The notes below the pieces were generated by a model. That model saw only the letters and a program-made list of their open reading frames with translations, was not told the DNA's origin and did not search any database. 64,000 nt of DNA, taken from Carcharhinus longimanus. Its lineage: Eukaryota. Below are positions 38,813-50,530 of the stretch, piece by piece (within the stretch, counting starts at the first letter, position 1; each line of letters opens with the position of its first letter). The stretch lies in the NCBI GenBank assembly GCA_030264375.1, contig JASCQW010000105.1:36966283-37030282 (forward strand), in the 5' to 3' direction. The translations under genes were made by a program, and so were the position numbers.

Positions 38813-40175
38813 TATTCACCGTTTGCAATTTCGGTCTGTGAGAATTTGCGGGAATGTAACCCCCACAAACAATGGGACTTAATGTATTTCCACTGTACAA
38901 AGAGAAAACAATACAAAATGTGGTGTGCAAAATGAGACTGAGAATCTCTGTAGGGTATTGCTTAGTTTTAACAAAGAATCATTCTCAGTGTAGGAATCAG
39001 GTATCATTGCAGAAAACTATTGTTTTTTATGCAATATCTTTTCCTTGTGTAATTCATTAAGGGACCAGCAATTTTTTTGCCAATTAATTACAACATTTTA
39101 GAATTTCCCGGTGGAAAATTAGCAGTCATGTCTCACAATTTAAGTATATTGTAGATGGAAGTGAAAGGCAATTGCAAATGTCATTCCTCGTGAATTGCTA
39201 TCACTTGGCCCTAAAGCTAGGCGGGCCACACAAAAGATGTAAATGAGATTTAAGACAATTACGTTATGTTGTTTTATACAGGTGGGAATCTCCTCAGTGG
39301 TGCTCAAATATCAGAGCAAATATCTAACGAGCACCAAACCTCATCAGGAAAAATATATTAAACAGTTCCACTCAAAGACTGCAAATGCCATTTTGAGTAT
39401 GCATGTTGTGATCTAAGTGCGAAGTTGATAATGAAATGATCAGCCAAAGAACAATCTTGACACTGTTCAATATAATCTAAATTTTAAAACAGTTTAAACC
39501 AGCCATTATGAAACAACTGATGCCATCTAAAAAAACTGGTCTCCTACTAATTGGTAGAGCAATAGCTGAGGGCTTAAAGAGGATATAAACAAGCACTCAA
39601 GAAGTACTTTCAATTTTCTTCTGATCTTTCATATCCTGACTACTCTTTTTAATGCTCACCGCATGATTTATACAAGCTAAGTAACAGCAGGATCCATTCA
39701 ATGTTTCACAGCCTTACCTCCTCCTGTGGTTGCAATGTTGGGGATGCCTTTAAGTATATTTTTCCTTTCCAGAGATCTCTCCCAAGATGAGATGGGTTTT
39801 GATCTATCACACAGGGCCATGCCGTGAACTGACCCGTCTTAATACCAGTAGACATATTACTCTGACAAAGAGGATTAGCAGTTTTACGAAAGGACACTGG
39901 GTAAATGACATTTCATAAATGAGGAAGAGTAATTGAAGATGAAAGGAGGTATAGAAATAAAACGGCCATCATTGTTGTTTGTGGGGCCATGCTGTGCACA
40001 AAGTAGCTGCCAGGTTTCCTTTAATACAACTGTGACTACGATTCAGAAGTAGTACATTAGCTGTAAGATACTTTGGGATATCCAAATGTGTTTGTAGTCA
40101 TGGGAAAAATGCCTTCCAACTCTTCAATATATTCAATTCCACTGAAAGTCAACATCCTTCCTTCAAAGGCTGTCA

Positions 40176-40497
40176 GGGCGGCACGGTAGCACAGTGGTTA
40201 GTACTGTTGCTTCACAGCTCCAGTGACCTGGGTTCGATTCCCGGCTCAGATCACTGTCTGCCTGGAGTTTGCACATTCTCCTCGTGTCTGCGTGGGTTTC
40301 ATCCAGGTGCTCCGGTTTCCTCCCGCAGTCCAAAGACGTGTGGGTTAGGTTGATTGGCCATGCTAAAATTGCCCCTTAGTGTCCTGGGATGCTTAGGTTA
40401 GAGGGATTAGTGGGTGTGTAGGGATATGGGGGTAGGGCCTGGGTGGGATTGTGGTCGGTGCAGACTCGATGGGCCGAATGGCCTCTTTCTGTAGTAT
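40176..40497 (+). mobile_element. V-SINE (HE1-like), full length, with its tail interrupted by an RTE-derived insertion (tail resumes at about 41196-41214)
   Basis: gggcggcacggtagcacagtggttag...gggttcgattccc (A/B boxes), V core and gccgaatggcctctttctg. Remainder tagggtttctatgattcta follows the insert. Confidence 0.9.
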
Positions 40498-40498
40498 G

Positions 40499-41195
40499 GG
40501 GTGTCAGGGAGGGGTAGTACCTCTGGTGGGGAACATGTCGCATCTTTTTCAGGGCGGTTTGTCCACCCTTTGTCCCCAACTGGCACTCACCTCTCACCTG
40601 TGGCTTCCCTTAGCTATTTGCATGCGACAGTGGCCACACCCCGGGCAATGGCTTAAACAAGCTGGCTCAACCAAGTGAGGGTAGCCGACGGGTCTCAACC
40701 CTCGGTGAGATAGGGAGATGTCTATCCCAGCATGTGAAGACAGAGTCTGGCGGATTGAGCGGACAAGATCAATAGAAGGTCCAGTGGTCAAGAAGGCGGT
40801 CTCTGCAAGCGTCATGGAATGCGAAGAGCAGGACAAGATGTAAGAGACGTCCTAGTCATCCACTGCGCCTAGTCCCATCTCCAGCCGTCGTGACTCTTGT
40901 CTTGCCACTGGATCCAGATGGGAATTGGGAAGAGAGAGTGAGGCTGATGTTGCGCAGCTCTCAAGCGCTGTCAAGCTTACGAAGCAAGGTGCATTGCTGA
41001 AGCACAACTTAAGCACGAGCTGCACAAGTCCAGAGCCACCAGCGCAACAACTACAGTGCCTATGCAAGTCTGTCCAGTATGTGCCAGGACATCCCATACC
41101 TGAATTGGCCTGATCAGTCACCTTCGGACACATCGCATCCAGCCTCAAAATGACCAATGGTGTCGAGGTCCTCATTGACGACAATGGGCGAACAA
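40499..41195 (+). mobile_element. Internally deleted (non-autonomous) RTE-clade retroelement
   Basis: RTE-like 5' UTR joined to a 3' end encoding CPVCARTSHT*IGLISHLRTH (41071-41133), ending ...gggcgaacaa. Confidence 0.65.
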
Positions 41196-41789
41196 TAGGG
41201 TTTCTATGATTCTAATATCTACACAAACACAACTTTTGAGGTTATAAGCTTTACTTTTGTAGAGTACTATTGGGATACTTTGCATCAGTTTCAATAAACA
41301 TCTGAAGAGTAAAAAGAGACTGTTGATGCCAATGCAGACCTGACAATGCAGTTCAAACCCTTTCCAAATAATAATTGTTATCTAAACTCCTGGAACAGAC
41401 AAAAAAGACCTTTGCCAATTTTCTTAAGAAAATAGAAAAAAAACTAATTCCATAAATAATCAAAACGCAAAGACAACTTGCAGAATTTCTCCAATGTTTC
41501 GAGGGAATTGAAAACTTCATATGGTTACACTTCCAACAAATGAAAGGGGCACTCAGTTGAGTGCATACCTCTTCCATGCTATATTAACTCAACATCATTA
41601 CAGTGTCATCTCATCCAGACTTACGTCTGTCTGCCCGGTTGATGTTCTGTAGCTGGAAATAGACATTTTTTTTAAAGAGCTTTCATCTCACCGAATATGC
41701 ATTGAGCCAATCTATACCCAATAACCTGCGGGGAAAACTCTGTTCACACTTTCATAGTTGTGACGAGTTCCACCATATTCTGAATAAAA

Positions 41790-42041
41790 CAATCCACAAC
41801 ATTGTTTAAAAAAATAAAGTAATTTGCCCTATACCCCGTTTTTTAATGGATCCTTTTTAAAAAAAAAAAATTCAGAGTCCGCACCTTTGTCAAAAACAAA
41901 TCAGTTCTTCCTTGAGCAGTACCCTAACTGTATACCAAGTTTTGCTGAAATCAGCCCGTTGATTTTTGAGATGCATTGTTTATAGACAAATAGTCTAACG
42001 AAAAGGGAAAAACACTATGCCATCTTCAATGGCAGAGGTAA
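41790..42041 (+). mobile_element. Helentron/DINE-like non-autonomous element
   Basis: tgtataccaagttttgctgaaatcagccc...tttttgag core and a 3' hairpin gccat-cttca-atggc followed by agaggtaa. Confidence 0.45.
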
Positions 42042-42980
42042 ATATGATCACCTTATTTCTCTTGGGGGAATAGAGATGTTCAGTTGCCTTCTGCTTGACC
42101 ATTATTGTTCAGCCTGCCAGCAAACTTGACTGGAAATTTCCAGGTGCTGCAAAGCCCACAGGAGCCATTGTGGAGGTGTAATAGTATTTACAATTATTTT
42201 TGATCTCTAGCTACTTTGCCATTCCAATGTTGCCATGACATATTGGACTTGGTAACGTTTCTTTTCAATGTCACCTATGGGTGTGACTGGTAGTGTAAAA
42301 TAGTAAATGTTAATAAGCTCCTTGGGTTTCCAATTTGAACCCAACAAACCATTAGACTGAGCAGAAGTAGGCCATTTGTTCCATCAAGTCTGCACTGTCA
42401 TTCCCTGAGATCATGTGTGATAATTCTCACACCAAATCTTCATAACCCTCGATTTTTTTGCTGATTAAAAACCTGTCTTATCCTCATCCTCGTGTGACAT
42501 AAGCTCACATTACATTCCCTTTTTAGCTGATTTTTGTATTTGTCAGCTAGTTTTTATTGATTCCTGTATATGGAAATAAAATCTCTCTGCTTCTCCACCG
42601 CTCCTGTTTTCTCACCTTTTTGAAAATATTCCTATCTGTCTTTCTTATCCCCTAAGATAAGGACCTTGAACTTCTCTGCATTAGATCATAGAATGGTTAC
42701 AGTACAGAAGAATGCCATTCTGCCCATCATGCCTGTGCTGGCTCTCTGAAGGAGCAGTTCACCTGGCGCCACTCCCCACCTTATCCCCTTAGCTTGCACG
42801 TTTTTCCTTTTCAGATAATAATTCAAGTCCTCTTGAATACTTTCAATTGAACCCGCCTCATTCACACGCTCCTCGGCACCATCTGCCATTGTTTTGCCAT
42901 TCATTTAATATCAATATCCTTCTGCAACTCTGCTGCCATCTATCATACTGTGCCACTGAATTTAATGTCAGTAAATTTTA

Positions 42981-43275
42981 GGCACAATGATTAGTATTGC
43001 TACCTCATAGTGCCAAGGACCTGGGTTTGATTTCCCAGCTTGGGTCATTGTCTGTGTGGAGTTTGCACGTTCTCTCCATGTCTGCATGTGTTTCTTTCAG
43101 ATGGTCTGGCTTCCTCCCACAGTCTGAAAGACATGGGGTTAAGTGCATTGGCCATGCTAAATCCTCCCTCAGTGTACCCAGACAGGGTATCGGAGTGTGT
43201 CGACTAAGGGATTTTCACAGTAACTTAATTGCAGTGTTAAGAAAGCCTGTTTGTGACAAAACTAAATTAAATTAA
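42981..43275 (+). mobile_element. V-SINE (subfamily with ctaaggggattttcacagtaactt tail)
   Basis: tRNA head, V core and the same tail type as the 3508-3790 copy. Confidence 0.8.
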
Positions 43276-45229
43276 ATTTGAATATACAGCTCACTATTCA
43301 GATCAGTCATTTATAAAGAATGAAAAGCTCTGTACAGATTCTTGGGCGATATCACTGGTCAGAACTTGCCAATTAAAATATGTATCCACCATCATTGAAA
43401 CATAGAAGATAGGGGCAAGAGGATGCTATTTGCCCCTTTGACCCTGCTCACCATTCATCATGATCATGGCTGATCATCCAACTCAATAGCTTAATTTTGC
43501 TTTCTTCCCATAACCGTNNNNNNNNNNNNNNNNNNNNNNNNNNNNNNNNNNNNNNNNNNNNNNNNNNNNNNNNNNNNNNNNNNNNNNNNNNNNNNNNNNN
43601 NNNNNNNNNNNNNNNNNNNNNNNNNNNNNNNNNNNNNNNNNNNNNNNNNNNNNNNNNNNNNNNNNNNNNNNNNNNNNNNNNNNNNNNNNNNNNNNNNNNN
43701 NNNNNNNNNNNNNNNNNNNNNNNNNNNNNNNNNNNNNNNNNNNNNNNNNNNNNNNNNNNNNNNNNNNNNNNNNNNNNNNNNNNNNNNNNNNNNNNNNNNN
43801 NNNNNNNNNNNNNNNNNNNNNNNNNNNNNNNNNNNNNNNNNNNNNNNNNNNNNNNNNNNNNNNNNNNNNNNNCCCTTTAAATAGTACTCCCTCCTACTAT
43901 TATTCCTGCAAAAGTGGATAACATCACAGTTGCTAACATTGTACTCTTAGGAAGAGGAAATTCAACCTGGATTTCTGCTTATTATTTCTGCTTACTATTT
44001 GATGAATTGTGCACATGTGAGCACAAGCGTGAACAAAAATGATCTTTCCTGCAATGGAATAACCATTAAATGTTGCTGTCTGGATCACACATCAGGAAGG
44101 TCCATAAAATTAAACTTCGACAAAGAATCTTAACAAAAGATGGAAAAGTTCTTTAATGAAGAATAATTTAGATTTTTTTTCTATTTTAAGGAAACAGTTA
44201 TTCAGTTTTCCCCAAGTACCTATACAAAGAAATCACCTAGTTCTGAAGAAGACAGGTGACATAGCACCACCTTGTGCCCAGAAACTAAGTCAACAATATG
44301 GTTTTATATTTTGTGCGTTTTGAATTAATGTTGGCTTTTTGAACTCTGTGTAAACAGAATAATGAACCATAGTGAAACTGTTAACAGACAAACTGTGATG
44401 ACTGAGAACAGGAGCTTTATCTTCCATACATTATGGATTCAACATAAAATACATGTTATGTTGTCACGATATTTTAGAATGTGAACCCAATTATCAAAAT
44501 TATTTTACCTTAAGTATATATTACTCATTTTGTATTAAAATCTTTATTTTCAAAGCATGAATCAGAATGCCAACATACTTGTAACAGCTCTCCCTGAAGT
44601 ATTTCTAACCTTCTTGACTGAATTTCTGTCCTTTAAATTAAAAAGTAGATAGGTATGTTATTTATATTGTAATATGGCTCATTTAACATTGTAATACTTA
44701 GAAGTCAGTGGGCTACAGTTACTGAGTTAAATACGCAAACAGAATGCAAAGATTTCTAAATTGAACTTAATTTAAAAATGGAACAATTTATGAGTAACCC
44801 TAAGCAAGTTTTAGTTGATTACGTTTTGAGCAAATTGACTTGTCAAGAAAACCCAAATGGTTTTCTAGACCTTAAAGATGTGATGGTTGTTATCCTTGCC
44901 TTTATAGATGTGAGCAATATGTATCTGAAAATCTTTTTGCATTGAAATTTGTTGTGGTTTCAAATCTTGGAATAGTTCTTCTGGAAAGCACAATGCATAA
45001 ATCCTTTAAATTGTTACACTAAACTTGCACAGTTCTAATCACAGCGGAGCAAAGAGCACATTTAGGTACCTAGAACTTCTAAAGCATTGACTATAGTGCC
45101 ATTTGTTATCATCTAATCCCAGAGTAGAGGAATTGAGATCCTCAAGAATTTGCTCCATTTGTGTTGTGCCACCAGCTTCTATCCTGGCCCTTGGAGATTT
45201 AAATGAACCATTAACAATGTGCTTGGTTT

Positions 45230-46140
45230 TGGTATTAAGTAGTTTAGGTCCCTTTTCTAAGGAGGGATGTACTTTCATTGGAGGCAATTCAGAGAAGGCT
45301 TGCTGGTTTGATCCCTGAAATGGAAGGGGGTTGTCTTATGAGGAAAGATTGAGCAGTTTAGGGCCGATACACATTGGAGTTCAGAGGAGTTATTGAAACA
45401 AATAAAATTCTGAGAGGGCTTGATAGGGTCGATTAGAGGATATTATCCCAATATGGAGTAGTTTAGAATTAAGGGGCCAACTTTTGGCATAAGGGATACT
45501 TCATTTAAGATGGAGATGAGGAGGAATTTCACCTCTAAACGTTATTAATTTGTTTGAATTCTCTACACCAGAAAGCAGTGGAACCTGGATCATTGAATAT
45601 ATTCAAGGCTGAATCAAACAGATTTTTGATTGACAGGGGAGTGAGTTGAGGCCACAAGGCCTGAGGGATCAAACTACCTACTCCACCTTTTCTTTTCATT
45701 TTTATGCCATGTATTGCAGCTACCTGAACCCATGGGAGGAAAAATAAGTATAGCTTTGATATAACTAGACTTTTATATCCTAGAATGTAGAAAGCCAAGG
45801 GATGTTCTGATCAAAGTTTTCAAGTTATTAAGAGANNNNNNNNNNNNNNNNNNNNNAAGATACTAACACTGGTTAGGGAATTAAGGACCATGGGGTGCAC
45901 TCAAATTATTAGAACCTAGACTTCCAGAAGTGAAGTTAGGAAAGATTTCTACATAGAGTTGTTGAAGTTTGGAACTCTCTTCCACCAATGACAATTGATG
46001 TTCATCAATTTTAAAATTGAGATTTTTTTTATTATGAGATATGAGGCAACAGTGGGTACATGCAGTTAGGTCACAAATTGGCTATGATTGAATAGTGGAA
46101 CAGACTCGTGGGGCTAACTGGCCTATTCCTGTTCCTATGT
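45230..46140 (+). mobile_element. Two CR1 LINE 3' fragments
   Basis: LSYEERLSSLG, VVNLWNSL-like segments and cctattcctgttcctatgt tails. Confidence 0.7.
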
Positions 46141-46374
46141 ACAGAGTTTTTGTTTGCATTGTACTGCTCAGTCCTTTACAGTTGAAGGATCTGTTTCTAT
46201 ATATGAATCCCCCACAGATTCAGCTGGAAGTTTACTATTTTCACTTGGCCTAAATTGAAGCTTTGGCTTCTCATACATACCAGCCGAGGAAAGAAGGAAC
46301 AAACTGACCAACAGTTTCCAAAAACTGTTCCAGTTTCCGAAAGGCTAGCAACTCAAGATTGGTCCTGGCTGTAG

Positions 46375-47640
46375 AAACAAAGTCATTCACAAACAGGAGT
46401 AGGCTATTCAATCCCTATTTTCCCCCAGTCAGTAAAATCATTGATCATGACCTAACTCCACATATTCACCATTGCCCCATATCCTGTGATACTTATTGTT
46501 ATTCGATGAGAAAAATCTATCAATCTCAGAATTAAAGTTTACAATTGATTAGTCATTAGATGCTATTTGTGGAAGAGTATTCCTAACATCTACCACCCTT
46601 TGCGTGTAGAAGTGTTTCCTAATTGCATTTCTGTATGGTCTAGCTTTAACTTTTGGACTATGACCCCTTAGCCCTAGACTCCCCGACCAATGGAAATAGG
46701 GTGAAGAGAAACTATCTGTTCTCTTTAATATCTTAAACATCAATCAAATCGCCCTTATTTTGCTAAATTACGAGGAAATATAACCCTAGTTTGGGAAATC
46801 TCCCTCCTTGTAATTTAATCCTTGAAGTCCAGGTATTATTCTGGTAATACATTGCATTCCCTCCAAGGTTAATATATTGTTCCAAAGATATGGTCCCAGA
46901 ACTGCTCAAAGTATTCTTGATGTGATCTAACCAGAACTTAGTATAGCTGAAACATGACTTCCACCCTTTATATTCTAGGCCCCTTGAACAAAGGATGACA
47001 TACCATTAGCTTTTTTGCTTACTTTCTGTACCCCAATTCTCTTTGGAGTGCCATTATTTATAGCTTTTCATCATTTAGAAAACTCCCTATTCTATCTTTT
47101 TTAGGTCCAAAGTGGATGACCTCACAGCTGCCTACATTGAAATCCATTTGTACAATTTTGCCCATTTGCTTAAAATTACCAGGAGATGGTAATAAATGAT
47201 ACTCCCATCTAAAATGTTTCCCACTGCCTATAAATCTGCCATTGGTGAATTGGAATATTTGGCTATCTATTCCATCTTGTAACTTATTAATAACTACATT
47301 CAATAATGGAGCCCTAGCACAGATTGTTGCATTACAACACTTTTGACATCTGCCAATTAGAGTACCTGTCCATAATTGTCTCCTTCCACTCAGCTAATTT
47401 TCTAACCAGGTCAACAATTTGCCTTCAATTTTAGTTAACAGCTTCTTAGGAAAGACCTTATCAAATGCCTTCCGCAAGTCCAAATAAATAACTTCTGTAG
47501 ATATTCCCTTATCTAGTTCTTTACTGATCTCTTCAAAAAATTCAGTCAGGTTTTTCAGGCATGATTTAACCATTACAATGCTCTTTCTCATTAGCTGAAG
47601 ACTTTTCACGGCATACAGTCATCTTGTCCTTAAATGATAA
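46375..47640 (-). mobile_element. CR1 LINE 3' half
   Basis: KSCLKNLTEFFEE, VIYLDLRKAFDKV, QMDFNVGSCEVIHFG and FYTQRVVDVRNTLP on the minus strand. Confidence 0.8.
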
Positions 47641-47661
47641 ACTGTTGTAAAAACAAATGCT

Positions 47662-47797
47662 AGGAACGGCACGGTAGCACATGGTTAGCACTGCTGCTTC
47701 ACGGCTCCAGGGATCTGGGTTCGATTCCCAGCTTGGGTCACTGTCTGTGTGGAGTTTGCACATTCTCCTCATGTCTGCGTGGGTTTCCTCCGGGTGC
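47662..47797 (+). mobile_element. V-SINE 5' part running into a gap
   Basis: cggcacggtagcacatggttagcactgctgcttcacggctccaggg...gggttcgattccc. Confidence 0.85.
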
Positions 47798-47919
47798 NNN
47801 NNNNNNNNNNNNNNNNNNNNNNNNNNNNNNNNNNNNNNNNNNNNNNNNNNNNNNNNNNNNNNNNNNNNNNNNNNNNNNNNNNNNNNNNNNNNNNNNNGAC
47901 ATTGCCCCAACCACACAAC

Positions 47920-48460
47920 GTTACTGACTCCCTTATCCCCCAACAACCCAGCCACCAAACTGATCATGGGCCTTCTCCCTACCAATCTCGGGCAGAGTTA
48001 ACCACCTTCTCCCTACCCTCCGGATCTCAGGCAAAGTGGCAACGGAACCCCCCCTCTACCCCCCACACTGATCTCGGGCAGAGCAGCAGCAGACCACCCC
48101 CTTCCCACCCCACTGATCTTAGGCAGAATGGCAGCAGACCCCCTTTCATCCCCATTGATCTCAGGCAGAGTGAAGGATCCCAAATCAGACTTGTATGAAG
48201 CATGTCTGCTTCTCCCATCCATCGATCCTGGATGGGCAAACGCGGTGGTTAAAGGGGAAGTGCCGATAAAGTTGGGCATGCCAACGCATTTAAATGGCTG
48301 CACCTGTTTCGGGCACTGTGCTGATCGTGGCCATTTTCAGGCCTCAGTGAAGAGGGAACTAGTGTGGAGGTGGGCATGAATTCCATTACTTGCGTCACAC
48401 CCAACTTTACCAAGTTTTTGTGCCAGAAAACAGGCATAACGCAATAGTAAAATTGGGCCC
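47920..48460. mobile_element. Harbinger-like MITE right half (family of 52162-53057)
   Basis: Shared interior (cccattgatctcaggcagag, aaagttgggc...gcatttaaat) and terminus aatagtaaaattgggccc. Confidence 0.6.
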
Positions 48461-48929
48461 TGTGTATCCACACAGCAGAATTAAGTACAATGGGTTTAGT
48501 TTTCATTTCACCCTTGATGCCAGTGCGCTTAATCAAGCTAACATCTCTTCACATACCAAAGTTCTGGAACGTATTTTCATCTCTTAAATCCACTGCCATC
48601 TTACCATGTTTAAACCTCTTGAACCAGAATTTTGCCCTGCCACAGCACTGGAAAACCCACAAAGGGCATCCTATTGGTCTGTGACCATGGGCACACCTTC
48701 CTTGACCTTCCCACAGCCTTTGACACTTCGACTGCACCATCCTCCTTAGTGACTCTCCCCTATTCCAGTTGAGTAGACTGGGATTGTTTGCTTCTATAGA
48801 TATTCTGATTACAATTGGAAAGGTATCTCCAGTAAGGATGTTTCCTCCTGTCTTTGCACCATTAAATCTGGAGTTCCCCAAGGATCTACCCTTGGCTCCA
48901 GACACAACCAAGTTACTCATTCTCAAATT

Positions 48930-49705
48930 GAATGTGAAATCCTATTACCAAAACTATTCACAAAGTCATGGAAAGCATGTTTGGGATATAATTAGAGAGA
49001 GGATTAAATATTGATTGAGAAAAGACTTGTGTCACCTATTAAAGACTTGGAAGTACAACTAAATAACTTGAAGAGAAGAACATTTGGACTAAAATATACA
49101 GAGAAAAACATATATGGGGAACTTCAAGACAGAAGGTACCACACAAATTAAAGATGAAGAAATTGAAAAAGTGACTAAATACAAATATCTGAACAAAACA
49201 TTAAAGGTGGAGAATTGTTCAAAAGAAGAAGCGTTGATTGAGGCAGAATGGAGTTGCTTTGCAAGATATTATGAGAGATAAGAAAATACTGGCATTAGGG
49301 AGAAAGTTGTATGATGTGTATGCTACTGACCGTGACGTATGGGGATGGAATCATGGACAACTACAAGATATATAGAACAAAAACTGTGCATAATTCAGAG
49401 AGCAATGGGAAGACCGATGTTATATATATCCATTCGGGATAACATTAGGTACAATGAAATATGCCAGAAAACTTGACTTAAGAAAGTAATTCAGAAGGTC
49501 AAATAAGTCAAATGATGAAGGGCTGAGCATGTTGCTCAAAGAAATGATATGAGGTGGATAAAAAGGTTAATGGAATGGCAGCCAATAACAGAAAAGAGAA
49601 GAAGGGGAGACTAAGAAGACGAAGAACAGTAGGAAATACCAATGCATAGATAAGGCATGAGGAGCAATACATGCCACACTGGATGAACACAGCCTAAATG
49701 ATGAT
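48930..49705 (+). mobile_element. Decayed RTE-clade LINE 3' portion
   Basis: PKLFT, EIEKVTKYKYL, TVTYG.ESWT, QRAMGRPML and EHVAQRNDMRWIKRLMEWQPITEKRRRG motifs, ending in a (tga)n tail. Confidence 0.7.
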
Positions 49706-50530
49706 ACTGATTGCTCATTCCAAGAGGATCTTTTATTATGAGATCATTAATTAATCCTATCTCATTATACATTACCAGGTCTAAAATAGCCTGTTCCTTG
49801 CATCCACAACATATTGTTCCAAGAAACTGTCCTGAAAACACTCAGTGAACTTATCCCAAAGTCTGCTTTTACCAATTTGATTTTTTCCAATCTATATGAA
49901 GATTAAAATTGTCCACAGTTATTGCAGTACCTTTCTTCAAAACCCGTCATTTCTTTGTTAATATGCCCCCTCCATTCTAACTGATTCTACATCTTGATCT
50001 TTCAAGCCAAGATCATTTTGTGGAACTATACTGATCTCCTTCATTAACAGAGCTGTATTACCTCCTTTAATTTTCTTCCTATCCCTTTGAAAAGACATAT
50101 CTGAATATTCAGTTTCCACTCTTGGTCACATTGCACCTAGTCTTTGTAATGACTTTCATATCATGTGCATTTATTTCTATTTATGCCATCAATTTATTGA
50201 TCTTGTTATGAATGCTGTGTGCATTCAGATAAAGGCTTGAATTCTTTTTTTTACTGTTTTTCCCTGTTCTAACCATGTTTGCTGGCTTACCCTTATGTTT
50301 ATATGCTGTCTCCCTTCCTGTCACACTCTAGTTATTCTTACCCATATCACTACCCTGCATTATTCATTGCCTTGCCTTTCTAATTTCCTGAATTTCCCCT
50401 TAACTGAACTTCCACCTTTCCCTCGCCTCAGCTATTTAGTTTAAAGTTCTCTATCTAGCCCCAGATTTTTGATTTCCCTGGACACTGGTCTTGGTGCAGT
50501 TCCAGTGAAGCTCCTTCCAACAGAATAGCC
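49706..50530 (-). mobile_element. CR1 LINE endonuclease/ORF1 region (old)
   Basis: EQAILDLVMYNEIGLINDLIIKDPLGMS on the minus strand. Confidence 0.65.

Larger units (their letters stand above)
38820..41779 (-). other. Candidate nested antisense multi-exon ORF (exons 41779-41726, 41652-41625, 41389-41359, 39861-39718, 38892-38820); product unknown
   Basis: Five AG/GT-bounded segments in non-repetitive DNA join into one open frame of about 110 codons. No homology recognised; see findings. Confidence 0.3.

Noticed and set aside
39773-39900. Plus-strand pseudo-exon (tttcctttccag ... TGG|GTAAAT) as a DCAF6 exon
   Set aside because: It hits a stop in the required phase 2 and has no DCAF6 similarity. 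The minus-strand reading of this region has better splice signals.
40176-40250. tRNA-like sequences with A/B boxes (several copies)
   Set aside because: They are heads of V-SINEs or Deu-SINEs continuous with SINE bodies, not tRNA genes.
44191-44255. Plus-strand 65-nt segment with a good acceptor and CAG|GTGAC donor
   Set aside because: It is not frame-preserving at the phase-2 junction and has no supporting homology.
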